Source: Eledone cirrhosa (Eukaryota). Taken from it: 64,000 bases of DNA. Within the stretch, counting starts at the first letter, position 1; each line of letters begins with the position of its first letter. The DNA lies in assembly GCA_964016885.1 (NCBI GenBank), contig OZ024740.1, forward strand, positions 111,166,001-111,230,000. Reading direction: 5' to 3'. Shown here piece after piece: positions 27,473-41,662 of this stretch. The notes under the pieces are model-generated. The model was not told the DNA's origin and made no database searches. It worked only from the letters and a program-made list of their open reading frames with translations. A program made the translations under genes and the position numbers.

Positions 27473-28159
27473 GAAAGGTATATATATAGGAAAAAGTATG
27501 ACCCCGATATATATATACACACACACAATATGTATGCATGCATGTATGTATGTATGTATGTATCTATGTATGCATGTATGTATGTATGTATGTATGTATG
27601 TATGTATGCACAAACCCACTAATAATTCAGACAATTATATACATCCATTAAATGTATGCAAAAAAGAATAGAAAAGAAAAACGAGCCTGCGTGTGTGAGT
27701 AATGAACAGAAAGTATTTAGTTATGCAAGATATATAAGTGTTTTTGTTCATACGGCTGTGTTACGAATGACTTTTGACACCTTCATTTTTAAATAATGTT
27801 TCTTTTTCCATTCCACATCACGAACCATACCATTTTTTTTTTCACAGCCATCGATGAAGAGAAACGAAGGCCCAGTTAATAGAGTTTTTTTATTCTTTTG
27901 TGTCTGCTACCCGTATTGAGGTTATTGTATATTTAGTGTTGATGTTATCGTTGTTGCTGTTTTTGATCCTTGATATATTTACACTTTTTTTTTAACAGTA
28001 AAAGTCTAATACGTGGTTGTTACTGTTGTTGGGTTGTTTTTAAAAGCTTTTCGTATTGTAGAGGTGTTTGGTGGTAGAGTGGATGGGAGGGGTATTTACT
28101 GTTTGTGAGTGGCGGTGTTCGGTGGCAAATTTTGTCTTTAATCCTAAAATAAGTCTTGC

Positions 28160-28191
<32 letters not shown>

Positions 28192-28270
28192 CACAAATAT
28201 ATGTATAAATATGTATATATACACACTATATGTACAAACATATATATAAATACATACACACGCAAGCCCC

Positions 28271-28348
<78 letters not shown>

Positions 28349-28414
28349 GAGAGAGGAGAGTGAGAGAGAGATTCAAAGAGAAATAGATATCGATATGTAC
28401 AGTATAGATACATT

Positions 28415-28479
<65 letters not shown>

Positions 28480-28502
28480 ATAAATATATATATATATATA
28501 TG

Positions 28503-28585
<83 letters not shown>

Positions 28586-28656
28586 TGGATAGATATCGAT
28601 ATGTATACTTTTACACACACAGTAACACACATACACAGATATATATAGATATATAT

Positions 28657-28698
<42 letters not shown>

Positions 28699-28741
28699 TA
28701 TGATATTAGATAAATGGAAACTATATTTATAAAACCATATT

Positions 28742-28806
28742 TATTTTATTATATATATTTCAAAGGCAACTAAGCCAACGTTGGTGCGCTTTCATCAGAT
28801 AAAATA
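28742..28806 (-). ncRNA. Hammerhead in the inverted pLTR arm
   Basis: TATTTTAT-CTGATGA-AAGCGCACCAACGTTGGCTTAGTTGCCTTT-GAAA-TATATA-TA-ATAAAATA. Confidence 0.82.
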
Positions 28807-29164
28807 CAAAGTTTGTTTCATAAATAAAGACGTACCCATGAAGATTCAACCTTATCGGTCGGAAATTCGCTGGATAGTGGAAACATATTAGGGAATATTC
28901 AAAGTTATGTATGAATATGCAAATGAATGTGTAAATAATTGTAAATATCTCACCTAAATATCTCACCTAAAACTATGGAACGGTACTAGTGCCGTTCCAT
29001 GGTTTTAGGTGAGATATTTCTTTAAGTTGCGGCATGATTCTATCTAATATATATTTACTAACTATGCCTAAATCTGATTTAGATGGTGCTATAAGTTTAA
29101 CTGGTACTTCTATTTGAAAGTTTCTTTTGTGGTCTTTCAGGTTAATTTTTGGTTTTCTAGGTAA

Positions 29165-30770
29165 AAAATTAACCTGTAAGACCACAAAAGAAATTTGAAA
29201 TAGGACTACCAGTTAGACTTATAGCACGACCTAAAACCATGGAACGGTACTAACGAAATTATAGATTGGTTCAATAACACTAAATTTAAACATAACAAAA
29301 AATTCATTCAATTGGATATTGCAAATTACTACTCCTCTATCACTCCTAATTTACTTAACAAAGGCCTTATCTATGCATCTAAACATACATATTTATCTAG
29401 TGAAGAAATGCATATCATTTTAACTGTACGGAAAACTTTAATTGAATTCAACAACCATCTCTGGACTAGAGCGGACAGAAAAAATAATTTCGATATCACC
29501 ATGGGGTCATCGGTCTCGGCGCAAATAACGGATCTTGTGGGGCTATTTATTAATAATACACTACATAGAAAAATACCGGAGACGACCGGAGGTTTATATC
29601 GTGATGATATGTTACTTTTAATTGAAAATAATAGTAATTGTGAAATTAATAGAAAAGAAAATTCAATAATACAATTTTTCAATAGCTATAATCGTAAGTT
29701 AGAAATAGAGAATAACTATAAAATTGTTAACTTTTTAGACGTAACATTAAACCTTAACACAGGGCACTACTATCCATTACATAAAATTAATGAGAATTTA
29801 AACTATGTAAGCTTCAACACTAATCAGCCTAGATCTATTAAGAACACTACTGTAAATTCTATACAACAACGTATTTCTCGAATCTCCGCTAATAAAAACA
29901 TTTTTGACGATAAGGCAGAATATTATAATGAAGCTTTAAATAAATCAGGCTATATAAATAAGATTAAATACATCGACAACAGTGATAAGGGAAATAACCA
30001 TACTATTAATTATAATTACAATAAAAAACTTAAATGCTAAAACTAACAGAAGAAATATAACTAGAAATATAATTTGGTATTCACCTCCATTTTCATTAAG
30101 CGTTAAAACACCTTTAGCTAAACTATTCTTTAAAGCTCTAGATAAATGTTCGGCTAAAGCCCATAGATATCACTCAATCTTTAATAGACATACAATAAAA
30201 CTATCTTACTTAACTACTACGAACCTAGCACAAAATATACATAGAATCAATAATAGAAATCTAAACCATAACCAAAATAGCAGTATTATCACTAGCAATA
30301 TCCAACATAATAATACCGTTCCGAATAACATCAACTCCGCTAAATGTAATTATAGAATTAAATCAAACTGTCCTTTAAAAAACAAGTACTTAGATAAGGA
30401 TGTGGTCTATAAACGCACAGTCAAAACCAGTGAAAATATATTTAACTATCTAGGTTCAACTTCTACAGACTTTAAAAATCGTTTTAATAATCACAAATGC
30501 TCGTTTAATAATATTGGTAAAAAAATATTCAACTTCTCCATCAAACCTGATATGGAACTTGAAATCCAAAAATATTGACTATTCTTAACTATTCTTTAAC
30601 TTGGGAAATAATTTCATATGCATCTGCCTAGCGAAACACAGCTTTATCAAATTGTGTGTTGGGGAAATTTTCTTCATACTTAAATGTAAGAACTCTATTA
30701 AAATACGTACGAATTTATTTAGTTCTTGTAAACATCGCCTAAATTCAACATTTAGAACTATATATAAATT
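29165..30770 (+). pseudogene. Penelope-like RT + C-terminal GIY-YIG endonuclease, frameshifted (YRDD type, tentatively Nematis-like)
   Basis: FIQLDIANYYSSI, MGS..SAQITDLVG, GLYRDD, VNFLDVTL; then CN.RIKSNCPL and VVYK...NYLGST..FKNRFNNH. Confidence 0.92.
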
Positions 30771-31909
30771 ATAATTACACTTATAATATTTCTACTTATT
30801 TCTATATATTGTTTGCTATATTTTCACTTCTTATAACTTCACTTATTAACACTTCTTAAATTATATACATATAGGATCCGAAAATTTTTAAATTTAAATT
30901 TTAACTTTAATTTTAATATTTTTTAAGGTTTTTTAATTCTTTATTTTTTATTATTATTTTTTTTACTTCTTAAATCTTTCTTTTTCATTATTTATTATTT
31001 TCTACTTCCAAAATATTTTTACTTCCAAAATATTTCATATATTTAAAAATTACTTATTTTTAAAAAATTACTATTTTTTTAAAAATTACTTATTGTTTTA
31101 AAAAATCTACTTATCTCGTATATAATATTTTAAAATAACTTTTAAGGTTTTTTTAAAATTTAAATAAACATTTAAAAAAAATCTTTTTTAAAGATTTTTT
31201 AAAGGATTTTTTTATATTTTTTAAATATTTAAAAAATATTTTAAAAATATTTTAAAAGTATTTTTTAAGTATTTTTTAAATATTTTAAAAACGTTTTTTA
31301 AAATGTTTTTAGAGTATTTTAAAATTATTTTCCCATAATTTTCCAGAATATTTAATATTTTTTTATATTTTTTAATGGAAATTTTTTTATTAGATTTATA
31401 ACCAATAACTCATTAAAACAATTATATATAACAAGATATGCCCATCTATCCATTCATATATCTATTTTTCTATATATCTATTTTCTATCTATTGATTCTT
31501 CTATATATCTAGCTTTCTATCTATTTAGTTTTCAACTTATTTTTCAACATAATTTTTATAAAATTTTTATATATCTATTTTTTCTATCTACTTATAATAG
31601 TAAATATACGTACCATTAGTAGATATAAACTTATAACTTATTTACGTTACATGAGTTCTATTCATCCTCTTGTAAATGTCATCTCTCTTTCTATCTCACA
31701 ATATTAATATTTTTTCATCTCTCTCTTTCTTCCCTATCTCTCCCCAGCATCATTTAAATAAACGGTTGTTTTTTCAATTATTTACACATTCATTTGCATA
31801 TTCATACATAACTTTGAATATTCCCTAATATGTTTTCACTATCCAGCGAATTTCTGACCGATAAGGTTGAATCTTCATGGGTACGTCTTTATTTATAAAA
31901 CACACTTTG

Positions 31910-31974
31910 TATTTTATCTGATGAAAGCGCACCAAGGTTGACTTTGTTACCCTTGAAATATATATAATAAAATA
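31910..31974 (+). ncRNA. Hammerhead in the 3' pLTR
   Basis: TATTTTAT-CTGATGA-...-GAAA-TATATA-TA-ATAAAATA; 8-bp stem I, stem II more decayed than in the 5' copy. Confidence 0.78.
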
Positions 31975-32106
31975 AATATGGTTTTATAAATATAGTTTCC
32001 ATTTATTTAATATCATGGAATATTTACTCCAGTAAACTGTTGAGTGCTCTACATCAGTTATAAACATTTATGTTTGTCGGAATTCCAACAAATTAAATAC
32101 AACTTC

Positions 32107-32181
<75 letters not shown>

Positions 32182-32274
32182 ATATGTATGTGATGAAACA
32201 CAGATACCAACACATCTGTATATATATTGCAAAAGAAAAATTTAGCCAGATTGAAGCATATCAATTTGTCCCTG

Positions 32275-32402
32275 GATGTTTACTGAGGAGATCAGGACAT
32301 GATATTCCTACACTTATTTAACTCGAAACATATTTGGATTTTAAAGTTTAAACTTATTTACGGAACAGGTTTGATTTTGAAATTTAAATGTGTCTAAACA
32401 TC
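32275..32402 (+). ncRNA. Type I hammerhead with long stem III (family F, copy 1)
   Basis: GATGTTTA-CTGAGGA-GA...TC-GAAA-CATATTT...AAATGTG-TC-TAAACATC; predicted cleavage after C32394. Confidence 0.9.
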
Positions 32403-32790
32403 ATAGCCTCTTGGCAATACAGTTCGTCTTCGTTGATTTATTATTTTAAATCGATATGGACAAACTGTAGTATAATAATTAGTATACTTCAATCTGGCTA
32501 AATTTTTCTTTTGCAATATATATACAGATGTGTTGGTATCTGTGTTTCATCACATACATATTAGTTTATACACGGCTCAGGGGGTATTTTCCTCCTTCGA
32601 GCTAATTCCATTGTAAAAGAATTCATTACCTTATTAATTTAACTGCTCCTAGTTTGAGCTGCAAGCCGCCTCATATATACGACTGTTATTTCTAGCAGTA
32701 CGGTTATGAGACTAGTTAGATACTGTAAAACCATGTGCGTCACGCAGTCTTTTAAATTATTTAGAAGTGAAGCATATCAATTTGTCCCTG

Positions 32791-32918
32791 GATGTTTACT
32801 GAGGAGATCAGGACATGATATTCCTACACTTATTTAACTCGAAACATATTTGGATTTTAAAGTTTAAACTTATCTACGGAACAGGTTTGATTTTGAAATA
32901 TAAATGTGTCTAAACATC
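32791..32918 (+). ncRNA. Type I hammerhead (family F, copy 2)
   Basis: Same as copy 1; predicted cleavage after C32910, 516 nt downstream. Confidence 0.9.
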
Positions 32919-33184
32919 ATAGCCTCTTGGCAATACAGTTCGTCTTCGTTGATTTATTATTTTAAATCGATATGGACAAACTGTAGTATAATAATTAGTA
33001 TACTTCAATCTGGCTAAATTTTTCTTTTGCAATATATATACAGATGTGTTGGTATCTGTGTTTCATCACATACATATTAGTTTATACACGGCTCAGGGGG
33101 TTTTTTCCTCCTTCGAGCTAATTCCATTGTAAAAGAATTCATTACCTTATTAATATATATATATATATATATATATGTTACAGT

Positions 33185-33309
33185 CGCGGTTAACTTTGCC
33201 TTTCATCCTTACGGTGGTCGATAAAATAAAGCACCAGTAATGCACTGGGGTAATTGCTGTCCTTTTGCCAAAAGTAGAAACAATTATTATTATATTCTTC
33301 CACCTCCTC

Positions 33310-33362
<53 letters not shown>

Positions 33363-34112
33363 CAGCATATTGTTATTAACATCTAGTTCTTGTATTACGT
33401 AACAATAAGACTACTTTTACAAGAATCATTTTCCAATGAATTTTCTATTTTTTGTTTCTATTTCTAAATAAATATTGTTACTGTAGATGCTGCGACTGTT
33501 GCAAAATTAAACGCATTTATTATTTCCATAATTAAAGTGGTGGGTTGGCAGATTTGTCATCACGTCGGATAGAATGCTTGGTGGTATACTTTCAAGCTTT
33601 CTGCACTCTGAGTTCAAATCCCGCCAAGGTTAACTTTGTCTTTTATTTTAAGAGGGCGGTGGATTGGCAGTATCGGTAGAGGTTCGGACGCCATGCTTTG
33701 CAACATAGAGTTACGGCCCTTTATGATCTGAGTTCAAATCCAGTCGAGGTTAACTTTCCTTTCATCCTTACGGGGTCGATAAAATAAAGTACCAGTCACG
33801 AACTGGGGTCGATTTAATCGACTTTCCCCTCCCCTAAAATTGTTGGCCTTGTGCCTAAATAAGAAACCATTATTACCATAACTGGCCTTGCGCAAAAAGT
33901 AGAAACAATTATTACCATAATTAACTAGAGTAATTGGCAGTATCGGTAGAGGGTCGGACGCCATGTTTTTCAGCATAGTTACGTCCCTTTCCGGTCTGAG
34001 TTCAAATCCTACCGAGGTTAACTTTGCCTTTCATCCTTACGCGGTCGATAAAATAAAGTACCAGTAATGTACTGGGTAATTGCCGGCCTTGTGCCAAACG
34101 TAGAAACAATTA
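33185..34112 (+). mobile_element. Cluster of same-orientation SINE copies (33185-33285, 33535-33640, 33652-33870, 33930-34112)
   Basis: Repeated TTGGCAGTATCGGTAG head, GAGTTCAAATCC B-box and core. Confidence 0.88.
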
Positions 34113-34421
34113 TTTACCATAATTAACTAGAGTCGTTGGATCATCGGAGAAAATTCCTGCGGAATTCGTTCTGGCGCTTTACTTCTGCCCTGTGATGGAC
34201 TAGCGTCCCGTCCAGGGAGGAGTTTTGTTGTGTCGGTTAACCCCTGTGGAACCGGGATAAGCAACGGACTGTGTTGTCTAGGGGTAGTGTTATCGTGTTC
34301 GACAGGAAATTATAATTATGATGATAATGGTAATGAAGATGATGATGATGATAGTGATGGGCGTCTGTATGTGTGTGAATGCTGATGATCGTGATGATAA
34401 TGGTGATGATTGTGGCAGTGA

Positions 34422-34464
<43 letters not shown>

Positions 34465-34715
34465 CGTGTGTGCGTGTGTGTGAGCGTGCGTGTGTGCGTG
34501 TGTGTGTGTGTGAGAGTGTGTGTGTGAGTGTGTGTGTGTGTGTGTGTGTGAGTGAGTGGGTGTGTGTGAGTGTGTGTGTTTGAGTGTGTGTGTGTGTGAG
34601 TGTGTGTGTGTGTGAGTGTGTGCGTGTATGTGTGTGTGCGTGAGTGTGTGTGTGTGTGTGTGTGTGTGAGTGTTGATAAATATGGTGATGGTGGCATTAA
34701 AGAAAACGATTATGG

Positions 34716-34716
34716 T

Positions 34717-34757
<41 letters not shown>

Positions 34758-35245
34758 AATCCCCCGTCCTCCTCCTCCTCCTCATGATCATCATCATCGT
34801 CACTATCATCATAATCATCCTCTTCTTTATCATCACCACCACCACCACCATCACTATTACACTCCACCTAACAATCATTATCATAATTGTTATTTTCCTC
34901 ATCACCAACATTATTAACATAATCATCGATATCATGATCGTCGTTATCTTCATCATCATCATTATCATCATCATCATCATTATCATCATTATCATCATCA
35001 TTATCATCATCATCATCATTATCATCATTATCATCATCATCATTATCATCATTATCATCATCATTATCATCATCATCATCATTATCATCATTATCATCAT
35101 CATTATTATCATCATTATCATCATCATCATCATTATCATCATCATTATCATCATTATCATCATCATCATTATCATCATTATCATCATCATCATCATCATC
35201 ATCATCATTATCATCATCATCATCATCATTATCATCATCATCATT

Positions 35246-35292
<47 letters not shown>

Positions 35293-35473
35293 TATCATCA
35301 TCATTATCATCATCATTATCCTCATCATTATCATCATCATCACCATCACCATCACCATCACCATCATCACCATCATCACCATCATCATCATTCTCATCAT
35401 CATCATTATCATCACCATCATCACCACCATCATCATCACCATTATCATCATCATTCTTATCATTATCAGCAGT

Positions 35474-35504
<31 letters not shown>

Positions 35505-35612
35505 CCACCACCATCATCATTATCATCATCATTAGCATCCTTATCATCATCATACTTATCATTATTATCATCATCATCAGTATCATCATCATCATCAACC
35601 TCATCATCATCA
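34716..35612. repeat. Long (CAT/TAT)n array
   Basis: Seen directly; source of the poly-Ile/poly-Met ORFs. Confidence 0.97.
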
Positions 35613-36604
35613 TTGCTTACCGTTACGAACGTTGCTTATTTGGTTTGTTTCTTGTATATATTTAATAATCATTGTTTGTTCAGTTTTTCCCGCCTGCTCA
35701 TATAATGTATGAATGTTCTCTTATAGTTTTATTTTATGATTCTTTATTATTTTCCCATTATTATTATTTTACGTTGTGGTGACGTAATTATTGACGGCCA
35801 TTTTGGAATTTGCTTCCTCGTTTGATATTTTCAAAAATAAATGTAAAGATAGAACAAAATATAGAAAATAGCAATAGAATGAAATAAACAGCATGCAATG
35901 AAATTGAAAAACAAACGAACAAACTCCTCCACAATGGTATAATAGGGATGGTGGAAAGGAAGAATGATAGAGGGGAGAAAAGAAGGGGGGGGGGGGATAA
36001 TGAGGGTGGAATGATCTAGAACTGAAACATAACAGCAATGAAATCTATAAAATAAATATTTTGCTGAACGACAATAATAACAACAATAAAAACATCAATA
36101 GGTACAATAACAGCGACACCTACGTTAACAACAATGTTATCAGTAAGGACAGCACCTACAATAACAAAAAAAATTGCTACAGAAATAACAATAATAAAAA
36201 TAACAACAATAATAACAATAACATAAACAACAGCAATAATAATATTAATAATAATAATAATAATAATAATGATAATAATATATTTATTTATTTATTGAAT
36301 AATAATACTTTTTTTATTGTCCACAAGGGCCGACATTGTATTGTCCCCTATTGAACAATATAAAGAACAGAGACAAAAATTGAGCACAAAAAGGATATAA
36401 CAAATAATAATAAACAATACAATTATAACAATGAAAATTCCTCAATAGGGGGGTACCACTCAGGGGTGACTTAGGAACCGCACCAATTCTAAACCACCCT
36501 ATTCCCCAGGAGCACCCTAGAAGGGCGCTGCTCTCCTGTCCAAACTAGCCTGCCTACAGAGTAGTAAGCTAGCCCGCTCTGTAAGATCTGTGAAGAAAGA
36601 GAGT

Positions 36605-36668
<64 letters not shown>

Positions 36669-36719
36669 AACTGTGGCTTACATCGTATCCAAGTGTAAAC
36701 ACCTAACCAAGACTCATTA

Positions 36720-37210
36720 TAAAGGACGGATGCATCATATCACAGGAAAAGTGTTCCACTGGTATTTATGCCAACTAAATAATTTACCCGACTTTAAGAA
36801 GTGTTGGTGATAGAACGCGATCTAGTGAAGGTGTAGCGGGATTTCAGTGTACAAACAGATAAAGAATTAAAACGCAATAGGCTTCGCTTGGTGGTTTTTG
36901 TCAAAGAAAAATGATCTTTTTTTTTTATTATAAACGTAGCTAGTACCTTTGACACAAGAGTGCAAGAAAAGGAGATGGAGACATTTAACCGGTACCAGGA
37001 TCTAAAGTGTGAATTGAAAAAGGTTTTTGACTGTCCTGAGTTCGAGGCCGTCCTCGTCGTTAGAGGAGCACTAGAAGAAATTTCAAGGCTGGCTAAAGAA
37101 CATTAGGCCAGCCACCTTTTTTGGGAACACTTCAAAAGGCATGCCTACTGGAAACAACATGGACCCTCTGATACGTCCTGAATATCTGAGGTTGCAGGTA
37201 GTGGCTTGAT
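36720..37210 (+). mobile_element. Decayed R4/Dong-like LINE 3' fragment (RLE domain)
   Basis: DFSVQTDKELKRNR...IINVASTFDTRVQEKE...RYQDLK...VVRGAL...LQKACLL, with stops and frameshifts. Confidence 0.75.
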
Positions 37211-37279
37211 GTCCATTTGGGCAAATTGCTGAATTAAATAACATCAATGTCTGAGATATCAAATTCATAATAATGATAA

Positions 37280-37705
37280 CAGTTTCTGATTTAGGCACAA
37301 GGCTAACAATATTGGAGGAGGGGAAAGTCGATTAAATCGACCCCAGTGTATTACTGGTACTTTATTTTATAGACCCTGTAAGGATGAAAAGTAAAACTAA
37401 CCTCTGCTTGATTTGAAATCATAGTCTAAAGGGCTGTAACTCTATGTCGCAAAGCACATTGTCAGACGCTCTACCGATACTCCCAACAACAACATTAATA
37501 ATTGTTTCTACCTTTGGCACAAGGCCAGCAATTATCCCAGTGTATTACTGGTACTTTCTTTTATCGATCCCTTAATGATGAACGGCAAGGTTAACCTCGG
37601 CGGTATTTGAGCTGAGATCATAAAGGGCCGAAACTCTATGCTGGAAAGCATAGCATCCGACCCTCAACCGATACTGCCAATCATGGTTTCTGATTTAGGC
37701 ACAAG
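37280..37705 (-). mobile_element. Two tandem SINE copies
   Basis: Family core at ~37340-37410 and ~37540-37610. Confidence 0.85.
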
Positions 37706-38453
37706 GGTAAATAACATTCACAGTAATACTAATATTGATGATGATGATGATGATGATAATAACAATAATGATAACAACAAAAATAATAACAATGGTAATG
37801 ATAATAATAATATTTCTTTTTTTTTAAATTTATTATTTTCAATAATATCAATAGCAGTAACAAAAACAATAACAAATACACCTACATTAACAACAACAAC
37901 AACTAACATATCAACAAAAACAATTAACAACAAAATCGATAACGATTACAATAACAACAACTATAAAAACAGCAGCAATAATTAAAACAATAACATCTCC
38001 GTTAATATGGAAGAATGAAATGTTTTCAATAATGGTTAATAATGATATGTTGTGTTTCCATAATTATTGAAATTGTATGGTTTTTGTAATGGCCACGTCA
38101 ATTACAACGAGTCTGTTGTGATGCTGATGATGATGATGTTGATTATCATCATCTCCCACCACTACCACCATCACCACCACCAACAACTACAACACCTTTC
38201 TCATGCTTATGTTCCTTCTCATTATCCTCATCGTCATCGTCATCATCATCATCATCATCATCATCACCACCGTCGCCATTAATATCATCGCATCATCATC
38301 ATTATCCCCATCTCCATCACAAGTATCATCATAACCGGACAAACCCGACTACCACAAACCCCACCAATACGCCACACATGCTGACACTCTACAGCACACA
38401 CAACACACGTATGCACTCATACATACTGCATACCGTACACACACACACAAACC

Positions 38454-38525
<72 letters not shown>

Positions 38526-38562
38526 CTCTCTCCATCTCTCTCCCCGTCTCTCTCTCTCTCTC

Positions 38563-38596
<34 letters not shown>

Positions 38597-38611
38597 ATTT
38601 TCTCTCCATCT

Positions 38612-38648
<37 letters not shown>

Positions 38649-38658
38649 CTCTCCATCT

Positions 38659-38743
<85 letters not shown>

Positions 38744-39159
38744 TTCACATTACGCAAGCACTTGTATTCCTATATACGCTATTCCTCACATCAATACACA
38801 TTCGCTAACACTCCTTCACGCGACACCCCACGCACACATACACACGTACATATACACACATCTACACCCCCACCCACACACACACACACACCTACACACC
38901 TACACACCTACACATACACACACACCTCCACACACACATGCACATACACAGACACATTGCCCTCGAACATATATATAAACCTTGAGAGACGATAGTTAAA
39001 AAATATATTAGCAGATAATATTTTTGCCCCAAATTCTTAGTGACCCCCAAACAGAGGTCAGAGAGAATTTCATGTAGGATAAAGAGCTTAATGCGGGATA
39101 TATATATGTCTAAAATCTGAGGATGGCACGTGACAAGTTTAAAGTATTATATGTAACAT

Positions 39160-39840
39160 GGACAACAACAATAACAATAACCACAAAAACAACCAAATAA
39201 ACAATATCAGCCACAACAACAATACCAACAACAAAAACAACCACAACAACAATATAACTATCACAACAACAACAAACAACAACAACAATACAACCACCAC
39301 CAACAACAACAACCACCACCAACAACAACCACCACAACAACACTACCACCACCACCAACAACCACAACCGCAACAACAACAACCACAACCACCACCACAA
39401 CAACAACAACCACTACAACAATACCACCACCACCACCACCAAAACTACAACAACAACAACAGCAACCACAACAACAATACAATCACCTCCACCAACAAAA
39501 ATAACAACAACCACCACAACCACAACTCCAACAACAACTACAACTACAACAACAACAATAACAACAACAACCACTACCACAACAACAACAACACCAAAAA
39601 CAATAATAATGGCAACAACAAAGGATACAGCAACAACAGCAACAAAAACAACGGCTAGAAGAAGAACAACAACAATGGCACTAATGATAACAGGATAGAT
39701 TGTAAAGACAATGGCAACAACAACAACAATAAATTACAACGACAACAACATCAACAACAACGGTAATAACTACAATGAAAACAACAAAAAACAACGAAGA
39801 CAATAACGACAACAACAACAATAACGACGATGATGATAAT
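39160..39840. repeat. (AAC/CAC)n low-complexity tract
   Basis: Seen directly; source of the N/Q/H-rich ORF. Confidence 0.93.
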
Positions 39841-40407
39841 AATTGTTTCTACTTTTGGCACAAGGCCAGCAATTAACCAGTGTATTACTGGTACTTTATT
39901 TTATCGACCCCGTATGGATGAAAGGCAAAGTTAAACTCGGTGCGAGTCCGAGTCATGAAGCACGCTGTTTTCGAGGAAAAGTTGCCGCGCTGGCTGGATG
40001 TGGATGGTAGTGTAATCTCCATTCTTTTACAAAACATTTGGGGCCGTAATTTTAAATTTAAAGTTCACATATATTTGGGCCAAAGGTTCAAATATTATAG
40101 GGTGCCCCTTATTTAGGGCAAAGACTTGTGGCTTTTCAAAAAAATACCAATTTAAATAGGTGAAAACAAATTAAACTTACGGAGCGATGTATACACACGT
40201 CGGGAGAGACTCAACAACAAAGCAAATAATTGTTTCTACTTTTGGCATAAGGCCAGCAATCACCCAGTGCATTACTGGTACTTTATTTTATCGACCCCGT
40301 AATGATGAAAGGCAAAGTTAACCTCGGCGGGATTTGAACTAAAATCATAAAGACAGGTAACTCTATGCTTCAAAGCATGGCGTCCGACCTTCTACCGATA
40401 CTGCCAA
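39840..40407 (-). mobile_element. SINE copies (39840-39940 truncated; 40228-40407) around an unclassified ~280-bp insert
   Basis: Family core and tail in both copies. Confidence 0.8.
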
Positions 40408-41407
40408 GGTATAGAATATAAACTGAAAGTAAGGGAACAACGTCATGATAGTTTATACCATTGACTGTTGTTCTCTATATTGACTAAACCAGGAATTAAG
40501 ATCAATCCTGAGGAAGGAAATGAAAATAATAAATGGTTTCCTTTTGTAGCCTCAAGAGCCCAAGATGTTAGGGCTAATACATGGGTGAAACAAAAATGCA
40601 ATATAGCATAGAATGGGGTTTATATTGAGTCAAGGGAAGAGCATATCAAACAAAAGGAAGATCGCCAAGCGAATATTTTACTACAATACAAAATTTAATT
40701 CTGAAATAACATTATAATCATACATTGGCATAACAGGGATTAATGCCCGAACAAGGCATATTTACCCGCGTGGAATATTTCACAGATTTCCATAATAGAG
40801 TTCGTTTTCTGAAAGACCGAGAGAAAGAGAGAAAGAAGATGGAGAAAGACAGTGAAGAATGAATATTTTTATCATTCTTCCTCTTTCAGAAAGATGTCAA
40901 GAAAAAAAAACAAATGAAAAAGAAGTGCGTTTAAAAAACCCCAGCAAATAACAATAATACAAATATTTTGTTTAACCTTGTATTTGATGAATCAAAGATA
41001 ATTGAGCATGATTCTTAGCGTTTTGTACAGAACAGAAAATGGCGAATGTTTGTCCGGATTTCAAGCCGACATGTAATTTAGATTTGGAAAATGATATTTT
41101 ATTTTCTAAAATAATTGTTGTTGGTTGTCGGGTATTTTTTTTTTTTTCATTATTGACTTGTTGTTTATTGAAATGTGTTAGTGTTAATATTTATATTTGT
41201 TTATTTATTTTCAATTTTATTGCTTGTTTCACTAAATGATCTATTCATATCGCAATAGCATCACATTTGCCCTCTTTCTCTCTCGCTTCCTCTCACTCTC
41301 TCTGTATATATACGTATATATACATACAAATATATGTATATATATATATATATCAATACACATAAACGAACCAAAACACACACTCACAAGCACGCATACA
41401 CAGACAG

Positions 41408-41467
<60 letters not shown>

Positions 41468-41601
41468 TCACATACACACACACTCTCTACACTCATATGT
41501 GTGTGTGTGTGTGTTTGTGCGTTCGTGTGTGCGTGTGTCAAAAAGTAAACAGAAATAACAAAGAAAACGACACTTTACAATAAAGAAATGTATTAGTTTA
41601 A

Positions 41602-41662
<61 letters not shown>

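Larger units (their letters stand above)
28698..32110 (+). mobile_element. 5'-truncated Penelope-like element with inverted 5' pLTR arm (28698-28941) and 3' pLTR plus tail, inserted in (TA)n
   Basis: RT and GIY-YIG coding; 28698-28941 is the reverse complement of ~31775-32017; HHR in both pLTR copies. Confidence 0.93.
32175..33154 (+). mobile_element. Family F retrozyme-like element: 82-bp inverted arm plus ~1.75 tandem units of 516 bp, in (TA)n
   Basis: 32252-32638 is repeated almost identically at 32768-33154; 32175-32256 is the reverse complement of ~33003-33085; non-coding. Confidence 0.92.

Noticed and set aside
30880-31400. T-run/A-run quasi-palindromic tract as a separate element
   Set aside because: Low-complexity 3' region inside the Penelope-like element.
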